64,000 bases of DNA from Octopus vulgaris (lineage: Eukaryota): contig OX597816.1 of NCBI GenBank assembly GCA_951406725.2, positions 108,810,001 through 108,874,000 on the forward strand, given 5' to 3'. The notes beneath the pieces are model-generated. The model saw only the letters and a program-made list of their open reading frames with translations. It was not told the DNA's origin and did no database searches. The translations under genes and the position numbers were made by a program. How positions within the stretch are numbered: the first letter of the stretch is position 1; the number at the start of each line of letters is the position of its first letter. Positions 40,750 through 54,525 of this stretch are shown one piece after another.

Positions 40750-42390
40750 CTGTAAAATCGAAACCATTTGCAACAATGAGGAATACATAGTAACTCAAAC
40801 TGTTAAAAGTGGCAATCAAATATATTTGAAAATACACCCAACTTTCTTAAAAAATAAAACATGGAAGGACACATTATACAGTTAGTTTCTGATATAAAAA
40901 ATAAAAATCCAGAAATAGGATAGTCATGAGTTGAATGCCTTTGATCTAGGTTTGCTTGATTGAGGCTGACCTGGGACTGAACAACAACAACAACAATGAT
41001 AAGATATTTTCATATCAAAATACTTGTACTGTTGGACTGGATTGGACTACCTGTGTTCAGTTCACTGCAGGAAGAAGGCCTCAACATGTTCCTTTCATCA
41101 ACTGTGGTCTGATGAGGAGGCCATGAATTTTGATCTTGAGATCAAACTGGTTTGATGAGCCTACTCTGCCAAACTGGCTCAAAATGGTTTGGTATGACTT
41201 GAACTATTATTTTATCTAAATGATCGTTGATGCAGCATTGATTCCTGATTTTTACATTCTGAGTTCAAATATAGCCATGGTCAACTTTGCTGGTAATCCT
41301 TCCTTGATTAATGAAATATGGTATCAATTCAAGCACTGAATTTAATTTACTCAAATAAGTGCCCTCCCGACAATTTTCTGGCCTTGGGTCTATATTAGAA
41401 ACAGTTATTATTTTATCCGAAGAATCAGTAGAGAGAGCATCTTACACTATTTGTATCAGTCATTTACATTTTCAGTTCAAATATTAAGGTCAACTTTATC
41501 TTTTTATCCTTCTGGGGATTGATAAAATAAAATACTATTCAAATAGTATGATGTCACCCTTGAAACCTTAAGGTAAGCAGCTCAAGTGTTATTTTTTGAA
41601 TCTAGTAAATTAACTAATAATGAAGACGAAGAGCTTCTAACAATGAAAAAAGGTTAAGTGACCATTATATATTTCAAGCATAAAAGCCCATCATCTAAAG
41701 TGAACAACTTAGAAATGTAAGTTTATTTAGATCCTGTCATGTTGACTGCTGAATGGACAGTGACCCTGCTTTGTCCAGAAAATGTGGTAGCAACAGCAGT
41801 TCCCTCAAAATAGTATACTGGTAGCTGTAGAGGTCATATTAGGAGTGGTAGCGGAAGGGTAGCTGTAGGTTGGTAGCAGTGATGGTGAAGATAAATCTCT
41901 ATATTGGAACTGGTAGCAATGGTGGAAAATGTGATGGTAGTAGATGGTGATCTTCCTTGATATTTTATTGATAAAGACTTACAATAGCACAGGATATAGG
42001 AAAAGATTTCTATTTCATAGTCTATCTCTTTGGAATCAGATGAAACTTTTCTGCAACTTTACTTTTATACTATAAAACTCCATGTATAATATACATTTTT
42101 CATCCAAATCAAAATCAAAATTAAAAGTGTGTATAATATATGGCATTAAACTGCAAATATTTTCTCCCCCCAATTTTAATAAGGCAACACATAATACTAT
42201 ATTTTATTTTAATTTTTATTTTATATCAATATAATAATCATTTTACATCCACTGTCCATGCTTCCATGGGTTGGATGGATCATTATGGACTGGCTCAGTT
42301 CTTATCAGGAGTTACAGCCCTCATAGACTGATCATGGGATCATATCTTGTTCATATAAAATGAAATATTAAAAACTTATATATTGGATTA

Positions 42391-42453
42391 TAGTAGATTA
42401 TCTACTTTTGTAGCAGATTATCTACTTTTGTAGTAGATTAACTACTTTTGTAG
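42391..42453. repeat. 20-bp tandem repeat x3 (TAGTAGATTATCTACTTTTG)
   Basis: Directly visible. Confidence 0.9.
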
Positions 42454-43859
42454 AGCAACACTGTGTAGATGCAGTAGAAGATGTAGTATGGCCAAATGTT
42501 TAAGAAGTTCACTTCAAAACCAAGAGGTCTCAGGTTCAATCCCACTTTGCAGCACCTATAACCTTGGGTTGACTCATATCTTGTGAGTGAAATTGGGTAA
42601 ATGGAAACTGCATAGAATCCCATCAAATGGGTTGTAACTGTAATTAAAAAGGTACAGTCTTATATCTTGTGTTGGACTGATCCTGCCTGCAAATTCCATT
42701 AAATGCACCTGTGTTGTGAAATGCTCACTACTCAGGAGCAGGTAATTCAGGTTGATCAAACAACAGAAGCTTTGTCAGCAAATGACAGAAATCTAACATC
42801 AACACAATAACTTTTTAAGACAATTTAAGCCTTGAGATCAAAATGTGTTATAGATGATGACAGCAGTGCCATCTTGAGGCACAAGCACACTGGACTGTCA
42901 CCCATGGCCCAATTCTGACTTATGCATATCGTGGCTGGCTGTCATTAAATATATACTATAAGGCAAGGTACATTGATTTGCCTAGGGGCCTATAATGCTT
43001 CTAAGTCAGCCTTGGATGTACTATGTATGGACTTTTAAGGTAGTTTAGTTGACTGATAAGTCTTTTTCTTGATAATATAATAATGTAAGCATTCTACAAA
43101 TTTCCATTCTTCTCAAATATGGTATCTTATATCTTATGTTTTGATCCTATAATAAGAGTGTTAGATATTCTGGTTGAGTTCATTGAGCATCAGACTACCA
43201 CTTAAAGGGGCAACTATTTGTATCCTATCATTTGCTTTGCTTTGATGTAATGAATTTTGGCAGAATTCAGTATTCAGTTTGTTCTTTTGTACATGGTGTC
43301 TCCTGTAACATCATAGATACTTTAGCTAATAAGGGAGCCTGTATGTAATTGCTTGATCTTCTAGAAATAGTGACTAAATTTCCCACAAATCATGTCCTAC
43401 TATCTTATAAAATGGGCACATTAAATAATATAATCTTAGATAAACTATCTGATAAAAGCTGAAACAATCGTAGCTGGAACAGCTTTGATTCTAGGTCTGT
43501 TCAACTGTGACTTACCTACAGTTATTTCTCCCTATCATCACCACCACTACTCACTCCAACAACGACAACAACAACAATGACGATACCACCACCACCAACA
43601 ATAACAACATTTATTCATAATTTAGTGAGAGAATGAAAACAACTAGCAGAACTTGTACATTTTCTGCATGTAATTACATATAAAAAAACCCTCTTAAGTA
43701 TCTGTCTGCTTAATCATTTGGTCTTCACAGTATGTTATATATAATTAAAACACAAACATGTGAAAAAAGTCATTAAAGTACCAAACAGGAAAGCGATTTT
43801 ATCTTGTTACTTTAAAATACCATTAATTTTAGGTTTATTAACCAATTTTTAGTCTTTAT

Positions 43860-45300
43860 ATGTCAGTCATAGGAACCATGGTTGATGACTTTAATGGAGA
43901 TGATAGTTTCTCTAATAAACATGGAGGCTATGGATATGGTATTAGGAATAAAGCACGTTCAAGGCTATTTGAGTTTTATGACATAAATGACATAATCATT
44001 TGCAACACTGGCTTCAGGACACCAGCTGTCCATTTGATCATATGCTACTCAAGTGAATGTATATATGCTAGATAGGCTTTTTACTCCTGAAGAAACAGGT
44101 TATAAAGCTGGTTGTGAATTGTAAGTCTTTAGACTTTCACCAGTGAAGGATGTCCTATACAACATAAACTAGTGATTGTTAAATCAGAGTGATAAGTAGA
44201 TGAATCCAGAGACAGAAGACAACTTAGAAAATGAAAGTATGGAATCTAAAAAATCTTTCAGGCATATATCAGTTCAAAGGAATACTAGGTAGTGCCTATA
44301 ACAAGGAGGAGGAGAAGGAAGAGGAGACTTATAACATAAAAAACATAAAAGCCATTGATCAGAAATGTGGATGGAGTAAGTTTTCAGCTGGATGAAAGGC
44401 GAAATCTTGATAGAATGGCACGATAGAGAAAGTGTTATAAAATTTAAGAGCGAGGTCAAGAAATAATTTTGGGGTGGGTGAAAAAAAAGAGGGATATTAT
44501 TAGATTACTAGAAGAGATGGTAGATTTCTGATATACTTAGCAAAGAAAGAAGCTTGTCAATGTTCTACAAGTGGAACAGAGGTATGAAGTGTTGCAGATT
44601 GCAGTAGAATGTGTCAGTCAGAACCAGAATGATGGTGGTGAAAAATATGTGCAGAATTATTGCTGCACATTTGCTTTCACTGGTGTTGAACAAGTAAACA
44701 CAACAGAGTGGCAAGCTATTGACATTGATGTCCTTATGGTTGAGATAGTGATTAAAGATGTGAAAGAAGGGAAAGCAGATGAAACATCAGTAATAGTTGT
44801 TGAGATGCTCTGAAGTAGGACATGGGTTAGCCTTTTGTGTAGTCAATCAGATAGTACAAAGAAGTGTCATCCCCAATGATTGGCCCTGAAGCATCACCAT
44901 CACCAGCTACAAAGACAAAGGAGATGCTATAGAAAGAAGCATGTACAGAGATATTAAATTGTGAGGCCAAATTAGCAAATTTGCAGAAAGAGTTATTACT
45001 ATAGCTAATTAGAAAGATAGATCAGCTTGGACAAGATGCCATTCAGGTTCATGCCAAGATGTGGTACCACCAGTTCCCTTTTCCTAGTGAAACAACATAA
45101 GAAGCTCTTAGCTAAGGGTAAGCCACTATATTTGGTGAAGGTCTTTAAGAGGGTTTCACATTCTGTATCTGGTGATCACTAGGAAAACCAGGAGTAGATA
45201 ATTTGCTAGTAAGAACTGTGAAAGCCATGTACAAAGGCATTGACAGCAAAATGAAAGTTAGCAACAAGTATAGTAAGTATTTTAGCATGTAGGCTGCCAT
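43860..45300 (+). mobile_element. Old RTE LINE relic (APE and RT fragments)
   Basis: DFNG...GGYGYGIRN..RLFEF...ICNTGF (APE) and YKDKGD..E...YRDIKL, FRFMP (RT N-terminal part); heavily disrupted. Confidence 0.75.
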
Positions 45301-45660
45301 CTATAAGGGCTCAATTGTTTGATGCTTGTGTACAAGATGTGATGTATAGTTGTGAAAAATGAACCATGACTGACAGATAAACAGTTAAATACATGTAAAG
45401 AGAAACAGAGGCAGAAGTTGATAGAATGAAGACAAAGAAAGACAAATATAGACAGCTGCAGAGACAAGGATAGACAGATTCAAAAAGGCAGACAGTGATA
45501 GACAGATAGTGAGTGACAGAAATATAAAGATAGTCAGCCAGAGGTAGACACACAGAGACAGATATACATCATAATAGCATAAACAAATGCAACAATTTTC
45601 ATGTGCTCCTGAGAAACCTTAAGTGACAGATCAGTGATTTTATTTAAAATTTCTACTCAC

Positions 45661-45805
45661 CCTGATAAGTTTGTAATTTTCCTCCTCCACCATCTTGATA
45701 GCATCTGTTGATTGTTCCAGAAGCTTCATCCTTTTCTCATTCTCTTTCTGACAAATTTGGTAACGAGACTGCAATGTTTGCAACTGGGTTTGGACATTGT
45801 CAAGT
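45661..45805 (-). CDS. Coiled-coil protein gene, exon 5 (LDNVQTQLQTLQSRY...EEENYKLIR)
   Basis: TTCAG acceptor; 145 nt, phase 2-0, completing the split Arg codon; AGG|GTGAGT donor. Confidence 0.9.
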
Positions 45806-46356
45806 CTGAAGGATATTCAGTTATGAAATTGAATATTGTGTATTCAGACATAAATATATATATTCATACAATGTAAATAGTTCTGATGTTGAGTTTACAT
45901 ATTCATTCAACACAAGAGATATTCATATCAAAACTTTTCTCTAAGTCAAAGACAGAAGGTTTCATAAAAATGAGAAGACCGTTATATAATTGCTTGATCT
46001 GTTGGGAAAAGCAGTCAAATCTCCCTCAAGTAATATTCTATCATGTTAAAAATACAAGTTTATAATGAAGCTCATAGAAAAAATGAGACTGTCAGCTTTA
46101 TACTCACATGGAAGATGGACGTTAAATTATTATGATGATGATGATGATGATATGTACAAGTACAGCACACACATGCACGTGCATGCACGCACGCAAACAC
46201 ACACACACTCTCTCTCTCTCTCTCTCTCATGCACATGCATACACTAGCTAATTCTGATTTCAGTAAACCCTAAGTGTTGCTTTGACCTTGTTAGTTTGTT
46301 TGTTTGTATGTATGTATATATGTATGTGTATATGTGTAAGATGATTATGGTGTTAC

Positions 46357-46454
46357 CTCTGTTGCATTTCTTCAGTCAAACGTTTCTTTTCTATTTTCAG
46401 TTGGCTTCTTTCTGTCTTCATTTTTTCTAATTCCAGAAGTTTCTTCTTGTAGTC
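46357..46454 (-). CDS. Coiled-coil protein gene, exon 4 (DYKKKLLELEKMKTERSQLKIEKKRLTEEMQQ)
   Basis: TTTCAG acceptor; 98 nt, phase 0-2; AG|GTAACA donor; K/E/L-rich heptad pattern. Confidence 0.9.
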
Positions 46455-48335
46455 CTGAAACATAAAATAATAGTCATATTCACTCACCCATGATAACTTC
46501 AAATCAAAGAGATTTGTTCTGGAAGCTGATTATACAACATAAGCATACACATGTATATACATACAAATATTGGCACAAGGATAAGAATTTCAAAGAAAGG
46601 GTTAAGTTGATTACATTGGCCCCAGTGCTGAACTGGTACTTATTTTATTGAGCTTGAAAAGGATGAAAGGCAAAGTCGATCCCAATGGCATTTGAACTCA
46701 GAACATAAAGACAGATAAAATTCTGCTAAGCATTTTGTCCAGCCTGCTAAGGGATATTATATCAGTTTTTGGTGATGAACACTGCAGTTGTTTGATAATT
46801 AGAAATAGTAAGTCGCATGGTGTAGTGGCGAGGGTATTTGGTTTATAATCATAAAGTCATGAATACAATTCCTGGACTGAGCAGCTCATTGTCTCTATGA
46901 GCAAGGCACTATATTTTATACTTCTTCAATCTACTCAGCTGAAAATAAGTATCAGCCCAGCAATGGTACAGCCCACCCTCTCTTCAACTGTCACATTCAG
47001 TATGTTTTGCTTGATCAAGGCTGAAGGGGTCAAGAGGGTGTCAGTGTCAGCTTCTGACTACATGGGAACCCAAGACAATTAGCAAATGCATAGTATATTT
47101 TACCAAGTCATACTTACTTGTAAGGGATGGCTATACATTTTAAAATGGAGGAGTGACTGTGTCGCTTATACACACTTGTACTCTTAACATTACCTTCAGG
47201 CCAAACCAGTATGACACTACATGTGGTAAAGATGTTTATTTTATTTTATTTACATGCACAGTCTATCTTGCATTACAATGTCAGTGGCTAAATATTTCAT
47301 ACATACATGTAAACTTAACATCCTCCTCAAGCAAATTCAGAATAATATTGTGTGTGATGAAGTTGGCTCTTTGAATTACAAGTACAATCTATCCATCCAG
47401 ATTTCGCATTGTCATAAAAATAAAAGTTAATGGATTTTGTAATAGTTTTCACACATGGTTAATATGTTTGCTTTATAATCACATGGTCTAGGGTTTCCTT
47501 CATAGCACTGCCCCTTGAATAAGTATCTTCTGTTATAGATTCTGATCAAAGCAAGATTTTGTGAGTCAAATAAGATGAATGGGAGTTCTACTGATATCCA
47601 TTAGACAGTCTGTATATCTTGAATGATAGATTTAATCCACTACCTGGTCTAACATCACCACCATGAGGTTGGTGGCCTTTGGTAGAATCTACGCTATTTG
47701 CAAGCATTTGGACCTGGGGCCTGCAGTCAGAAAACAAATTGTTGATCTACTTTTTCCTGTAATAGTAATCCATGAGTCTTGTTTTCTATCCTCACATTCC
47801 AAGTCACCAGCACCAGCATCAGAGGCACTGGAAGCTGGTCATCATGGGTGCCACTCTTCCTTCTTTGACTGAGCCTTAAAAAAATTCTAATATCAAATAA
47901 ATTTAAGATGTGGATGTATAGTGTAGCATAGTACACAGTATATTTTGTGTGTACAGTTAGATGAATAACTGTTACTATTGAGTTTGGAGCTGCACAAAGA
48001 ATATCACCATTCCGTCTGCTTTCATTTTAATGGTGTGGTTACTGCTGTACTTAGTACTTAATAGTATTACTGGCTAGGATATACTGGCCAAAAGTTGAAG
48101 AAATTCTGATAAACACAAGTTTATATCATTTGATTCCTACGTATGTTTCACCATTGTGGTTATTTGCTGCTTCTGCATTGGATGTTCCCAGTGCAACCAG
48201 AAGCTGAATCACAACAGATCAATATGGGAAACACTTTATTGAATTGTTATTGAGATCAAATGCCTGAATTTGGACAGATGACAAGATTTTTTATAAAGAC
48301 TATTGAAAGGGATGTAAATAGAGATAAACAGAGAG

Positions 48336-48416
<81 letters not shown>

Positions 48417-48634
48417 AGAAATCAGAGAGAGGGGTGGAAGAGAGAACAAAGCCTGTTGACTTGGGCCAATACTTCTTGACACCAGTGTTGTTAAAGTGCA
48501 AAGAACTGGAACAGATATTACAAAGGCATCTTTTCCAATCCTCCACCATACTCCACCCCCTGAATATTTGTATAAAAATGAATGGTTTTTGAGGTGTAAA
48601 AGTATTCCTTATACTTACTCATTCAGATACTTAC

Positions 48635-48718
48635 CAATTCTTTCTTTTTCAGTTCATTCAGCATTGAGCTGTTACCTTTGGAAGTGATTTCTATCTTGGA
48701 TAGTCTGTCACTTTGACC
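48635..48718 (-). CDS. Coiled-coil protein gene, exon 3 (GQSDRLSKIEITSKGNSSMLNELKKKEL)
   Basis: TTTTTAG acceptor; 84 nt, phase 0-0; TTG|GTAAGT donor. Confidence 0.85.
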
Positions 48719-51700
48719 CTAAAAAGTAACCAATCAGAATAGTACTCTTAAAGACATCCTATTGCAAAACAAGGTAAAAAGTGAATTTTAAGGGACTCTA
48801 ATAATCAATGACTGATCTGATCAATCTCTCATTGGTTTTGATGATGAATGTTCAGTTGTTCACTTGACTGAACTTCCCCCTCGTTAAATTAACATGTAAA
48901 TGGCTGAGTATTCCAGAGACATTTCTATTTTTAATGTAATTCTTAGGCAGAATCAGCATGACAAAACTGGCCCTTTGATTTATGAGTTCAATTCATCTGA
49001 CAAGCTTTCACACAGTTTCTTTCAAGCTAGTTTCACTCAAAAGGCCTGGGTTGAATTGAGGTTGTGTTAAAAGATACTTGTCCAAGTTGCACCATAGCAG
49101 GATTGAAACTGGCACCACATGATAGCAAAGTAAATTTCTTAACCATTAGGCTATGCCTGCATTTGTTACATATTTTTTACAAATAAGTTGATGCATGAAG
49201 GAATGAAGGAATACATTTATAGAGCACTACAAATGTTTGGAGTCATAAATGTTACACAGCCATGCTGTGGACACCCAGTATATTGTCATTGAATAATAAT
49301 TGATGGGATTCATTTATATAATGAATCCACCAAGTTCAGATATATGTGTGATGTTTGAGTAAAGTAAATTGATCTGTTGTTGGTTTTAATGAAAAGTATT
49401 TCAATCACTATTTTAAGGTATTGAATTTGAGTGTTTGTCTTTGGTGTTCTTTTCCTTTGTCTTTTTTTTTTGTGTGTGTTATGACCATTGTAATAAATGT
49501 TCAAAGATGAGGAAATAACCATCAAAACTATTACTATGAAAAATTAATTTCTTTCTCTCTCTCTCTCACACACACACACATCAGCACAAATCTAACAAAA
49601 CAAAAATTAATGTAATTAAATACTCAAGTATAATACCTTTCATTAGTACATCAGATACAGTTGGTAAAAATAATAGTTCCACATTCAGTCCTTAGCCTAA
49701 TTTAGAAATGCCACTGGTAAATTATTAGTGATATTCACCATCATCATTATCGCTGCCGCCACCACCGCCACCACCATTATCATCATTGTCATCATTGTCA
49801 TCTGTTTATGTCTATTCTATGCTGGCATGGACTGGACAGGTTTCAACATTTCACCATTTCTCTCAGTTCTTTGCCTCCTGAGGTCTATTGTCTCATTGTC
49901 TTTGGTAGTCCTTTGCCTCACCATTTGCTGCACTCTACTGTCTCACTGTGAAGGCACATGCTTCACTGGTTAGAGAGTCAGGCTTACAATCATCAATTAT
50001 GAGGCAGTGAGTTCAATTTCTGGAACAGGGTGTGTGCTGTGTTCTTCAGCAAGACACTTTATTTCATGTTTCTCCAGTTCACTCAGACGTAGAAATGTGT
50101 TGTGACATCCCTGGTACCAAGCTGTATCAGCCTTTGTCTTTCCCTTGGATAACATCAGTGGTGTGAAGAGGGGAGGCTGGTATGCATGGGTGACAGCTGG
50201 CCTTCCATAAACAACCTCGTTAGTTTTTCAGCAGTTTTAATAACTAGATGCCCTTCCTTACAGAAATTACAATATAATGAAAAGGTAAAAATTTATCATC
50301 ACTTAAAAACAAAAGTGTTCATCTGCACCACAAAGCCATAAGGGATGTAACACAACATTCACTTTTAAGTCCTCCTCCTCCTCCTCGTCATCGTCACTGT
50401 CATCATTGTCATCATCGTAGCTGTTATCATCATCATCATCGGTCATCATCATACATCCACTTTCTATGCTGGCATGGGTTAGATGGTTTGATAGGAGCAG
50501 GCTAGGCAGAAGACTGCACCAGGCTTCACTGTCTGTTTTGGCATGGTTTTTATGGCTGGATGCCATTCCTAACACCAACTGCCTCGCAGACTGAACTGAG
50601 TGCTTTTTACGTGGCATCAGCACAAGTGAGGTCAGTTTTGGCATGGTTCTTTTTTACAGTTGGATGCCTTTCCAAATGCCAACACTTTACAGTGTGGACT
50701 GGATGCTTTTTAAGTGGTACCAGCACTGACAGGGTCACTAAGTAATTTGCAAGACAAAGATCCTTTGAGAAGAGATGGGGCATTGGAAGAGGTGACCTTG
50801 TGCCAGATTATGAAAGGTTAGAGTATGACAGACAGACAGAAACAGGCATCTTGCTAGAGAGGAGATACATGATTACTCGGACAAAGAGAGAGAGAGAGAG
50901 AGTGATCAAGAATGAGGACAAAATCGGGTGTGTTGCTGTAGAGGAGATACATGGTTGCCTAGTCAGAAGGAGAGAGCAAGAGGAAGAGAGGGAGAGAGAG
51001 AGGGGAGAGAGTGAGAGAAAGAGAGTGCATGAGTGCATGAGAGAACTGGAGAGAGATGGTGACAAAGTGCTAGGGCATACTCATAAGGAACAGAAATCAA
51101 AATATAAATGGGATGGTAGAGTAGAGCAAGACAGAGACAGATGGTGGTGAAGTGCCAGGACACACCCGCAAGGTACGGTGGGGTCAGAATATAAATGGTA
51201 AGGTATTGCCAAAGGTGCATGAGCAGGGAGTAGAGATTTCACATGAAAGCAAAGAGTGTGGTGGTGGGGAATGCACTTTTGTGGGAACAGTGCCAGTGCA
51301 GTTGCCTTGTACTCTCAAGATTAAAATACCCCTTGACTGAATGGAACTATAGAAGAGAGAGAGGCAGCTATATTCTAGGTGTTGAGAGGTTAAAGTATGA
51401 AAGGGCAGGAACAGGTTTTTTGCTGCAAAGGTGATACATCACCACGTTGCATGCTATAAGAGTGAATGAGAGTACTTGGGGTGGAGCTTGAAGGAGAGAT
51501 AAAGATAGTGGTGGTGAGGTATCAGGACGAGACATTAAAATACAATAAAGTGAATAAAAGAGCGAATGAAGTGGAAGAATAGGAAGCAGTGGATGTTGGT
51601 AGAGTTTGTTTGAATATATGGGGAGAGTGAGGGATGGTTACCTCAAAACAGTTTGTCCAATACTTTAGCAATTCAGCCAATCTACAGCCCTGTCCTGGTA

Positions 51701-52742
51701 CTTTATTATATTGACTCTGAAAGGATGAAAAGAGAAAAGTTGACCTTGGCAGGATTTGAATTCAAAATGCAAAGAAGTGGAACAAATACTGCAAAGCATT
51801 TTTGCTTGATGCACCAATAATTCTGCTGTCAACAATCCTAATATATACTTGTGATCATTGTAAATAATACAAAGATATTTCAAAAGTAAATAATCACTTT
51901 AAAGGTCTAAATACCTGAAATGAGTTATTAATAATTTTTCCAAACTTTTAACTAACCCCTCATCTTTAGAAATAAAAATGTTTCCAATATTTACATCCAT
52001 AAATACTGTGGATTGGCATAATTGTTACAGCATTTAATTTCAGCTCATTAATTCAATTCCAAAATTGACCATAGCAGTAATTGCATTTAGAATATTGTTC
52101 TAAATTTTGATAATGCTGTGATCAACTTTGCCATTCATCCTTCAGAACTTATAAAATACAATACTGATCAAGAACAAGGACTGTTATGTCCTATTCCCAA
52201 ATTTTAGTTTTGTGTCTATGTAAGAGATCAATATTTACATCTACTCCATGTTTAGATTGAATTGATTTTCAGATGCCATCAGATACCTTATTTCTTGATG
52301 TACACTTATTAGGAGCCTTTCTTTTTAATAAACTAAGGGTAACAATTATTATCTTAGTTTTAAAACAAAGGTTTCCAGTTTGAATCCAGTCTATTACTAA
52401 GTACACATTCGTGAATAAGACATTTTATATTATGTAGTGTTGTTGTTTATCCAGGAGACCTATGGTCAAATACCTTCCAACCATGACTGACCATCCTGTC
52501 TTTATTTTTACTTTTACAGACATAGTGTATCTGGACTACATTATCCAATATGTCTACTCTTTTAAAAGTAGTAGCATCTGATTTAATGGAGATTTGTTTA
52601 CTGCTTCTTTGCCATGGTTTGAAACATTATGTAGATGCAAATATTAAAAAAATCTTTCATCTCTAAAAATGAGGTTTATAATCTGAGAAATTATAAACTT
52701 ATTGTCTAATTACAAATCATTCAAGACTGATAAATATTTAAC

Positions 52743-53010
52743 CTGTAAAGTTTTCTGTGCTTCTTTCAGCTTCTCAATTAAGTTTGTTCTTCTGTTTTCA
52801 CTGTCTTCCAAACAGTCTCTCAGTTCCTTCAAAATAGGATCATTACTTTCAAAGCTGCAAAAACTTCGGTTCAGCCTTGAATTACTATAGCTATGTCGCA
52901 TTTCTGATGCCCAGTTATTGAGCTGGCTTAGTGAACTGGACCGCGTTAAGGTTGATGGCTGGAATTCATCCAACTTTGAAGCAGAATTGCTTTTTGTTTG
53001 ATAACTTGAA
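52743..53010 (-). CDS. Coiled-coil protein gene, exon 2 (SSYQTKSNS...LEDSENRRTNLIEKLKEAQKTLQ)
   Basis: TTATTTCTAG acceptor; 268 nt open (phase 2 to 0); CAG|GTTAAA donor; overlaps ORF 52710..53042. Confidence 0.9.
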
Positions 53011-54175
53011 CTAGAAATAAATGAAAAAAAAAGGAAAAACACATTGACAAAAAATGCTTGTTTATAAATCGTTTAGATTTTTGTCAGGAATTGACTAGGT
53101 CTGAAAATTTGCAGATGAGATGTCCCAGCAGTAACACCTTGGTCATAGATCTACTCAATTTGTTATGACATGAAGCTAAACAACAACAACAATAATAACA
53201 ATGTTCACAGCTTACTAGAGTACACATTGTGGTTCTCAACCAAGTGTACTAGATCTTTGGGATGGGGTCACCCCTAAAGTTTTGGCAAGTTATTCACATG
53301 ACATCAGGTTTTTTTTAAAAAGAGCTAACTTAAGTTTTATGACAACAATAACAAGCACTTTGGTTGTTTTTTCCCAAGCTATACATTTTATTTTATTATT
53401 TTATTTTATTTTATTTTGAGGCACTGGTGCTGGTGCCATGTAAAAAGCTCTCAGTGCACTCTGTAAAGTGGTTGGTGTTAGAAAGGGCACCCAGCTGTAG
53501 AAACCATGCCAAAACAGACAGTGGAACCTGGCGAGGTTCCTGGCCTTGTCAGTTCCTGTCAAACCATCCAACCCATACCACTATGGAAAAACAGATGTCA
53601 GATGATGATGATGATAATGATGATGCAGCAAACCAGGCAAAATGCTTAGCAGCATTTTATCTATCTTTAAATTCTGAGTTCAAATTCCATCAAGGTTGAC
53701 TTAGCTTTTCATCCTTTCTGTGTTAACGAAATAAGTTAAGCATTGAGGTTAATGCATTCGACTCACTCCCTCCCTTGTGCCTATAATAGAAAAGATAATT
53801 CTATTTTATTTATTGTTGCCATATGTACAAGTAATCATTCTATACCTAGATCCTATTTTAACCCTGAGGTAGCACAGAATAATCTTTTTTTATAAGTAAG
53901 GCTGGAGGAGGATGTAGTACCTATGACCTTGGCAGACTCTTCAAGACTTTGTGAGATTGATACTGTTATTGTTCTGCTTAAACTGTTGTGAGTCAAAGAC
54001 TTGATAAGAGATATGTACAAGAAGAAAATTCCATCAGGATGCTGTCCCGGTGAGAAAGAACTTGGTATAATATTTATATTTAAATTAAAATCTTGCTCAA
54101 AATCTCATAACCTAAATGATTATGAGAGGAGTCAGAGATTAGTGTATAATCACCAGTATAACAAAATATAAAGCA

Positions 54176-54220
<45 letters not shown>

Positions 54221-54223
<3 letters not shown>

Positions 54224-54525
54224 TCATCATCATCATTGTTTAACGTCCTCTTTCTATGTTAGCATGGGTTGGATGGTTTGACTGAAGACTGGAAAGCCAG
54301 GTAGCTGCACCAGGCTCCAGTTTGATTTGGCAAGGTTTCTACAGCTGGATGCTCTTCCTAACACCAACCACCACTCCGAGAGTGTGGTGGGTGCTTTTTA
54401 CATGCCACCAGCATGGAGACCAGTCAGGTGGCACTGGCATTGACTACATTCATGTGATGCTTTTTACATGCCACCAGCACGGGAGCCAGTCTGGTGGGAC
54501 TGGCATCGACTACACTTGAATGGTA
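54221..54525 (-). mobile_element. Family A copy
   Basis: Conserved body; tail abuts (TA)n. Confidence 0.8.

Noticed and set aside
41100-41190. CTGATGAG / TTGATGAG motifs suggesting hammerheads
   Set aside because: No correctly placed GAAA, stem III or stem I could be built.
47663-47936. Overlapping 69-aa ORFs as a gene exon
   Set aside because: Frame 0 from the nearest acceptor has a stop; the TWNVR motif points to a LINE endonuclease remnant.
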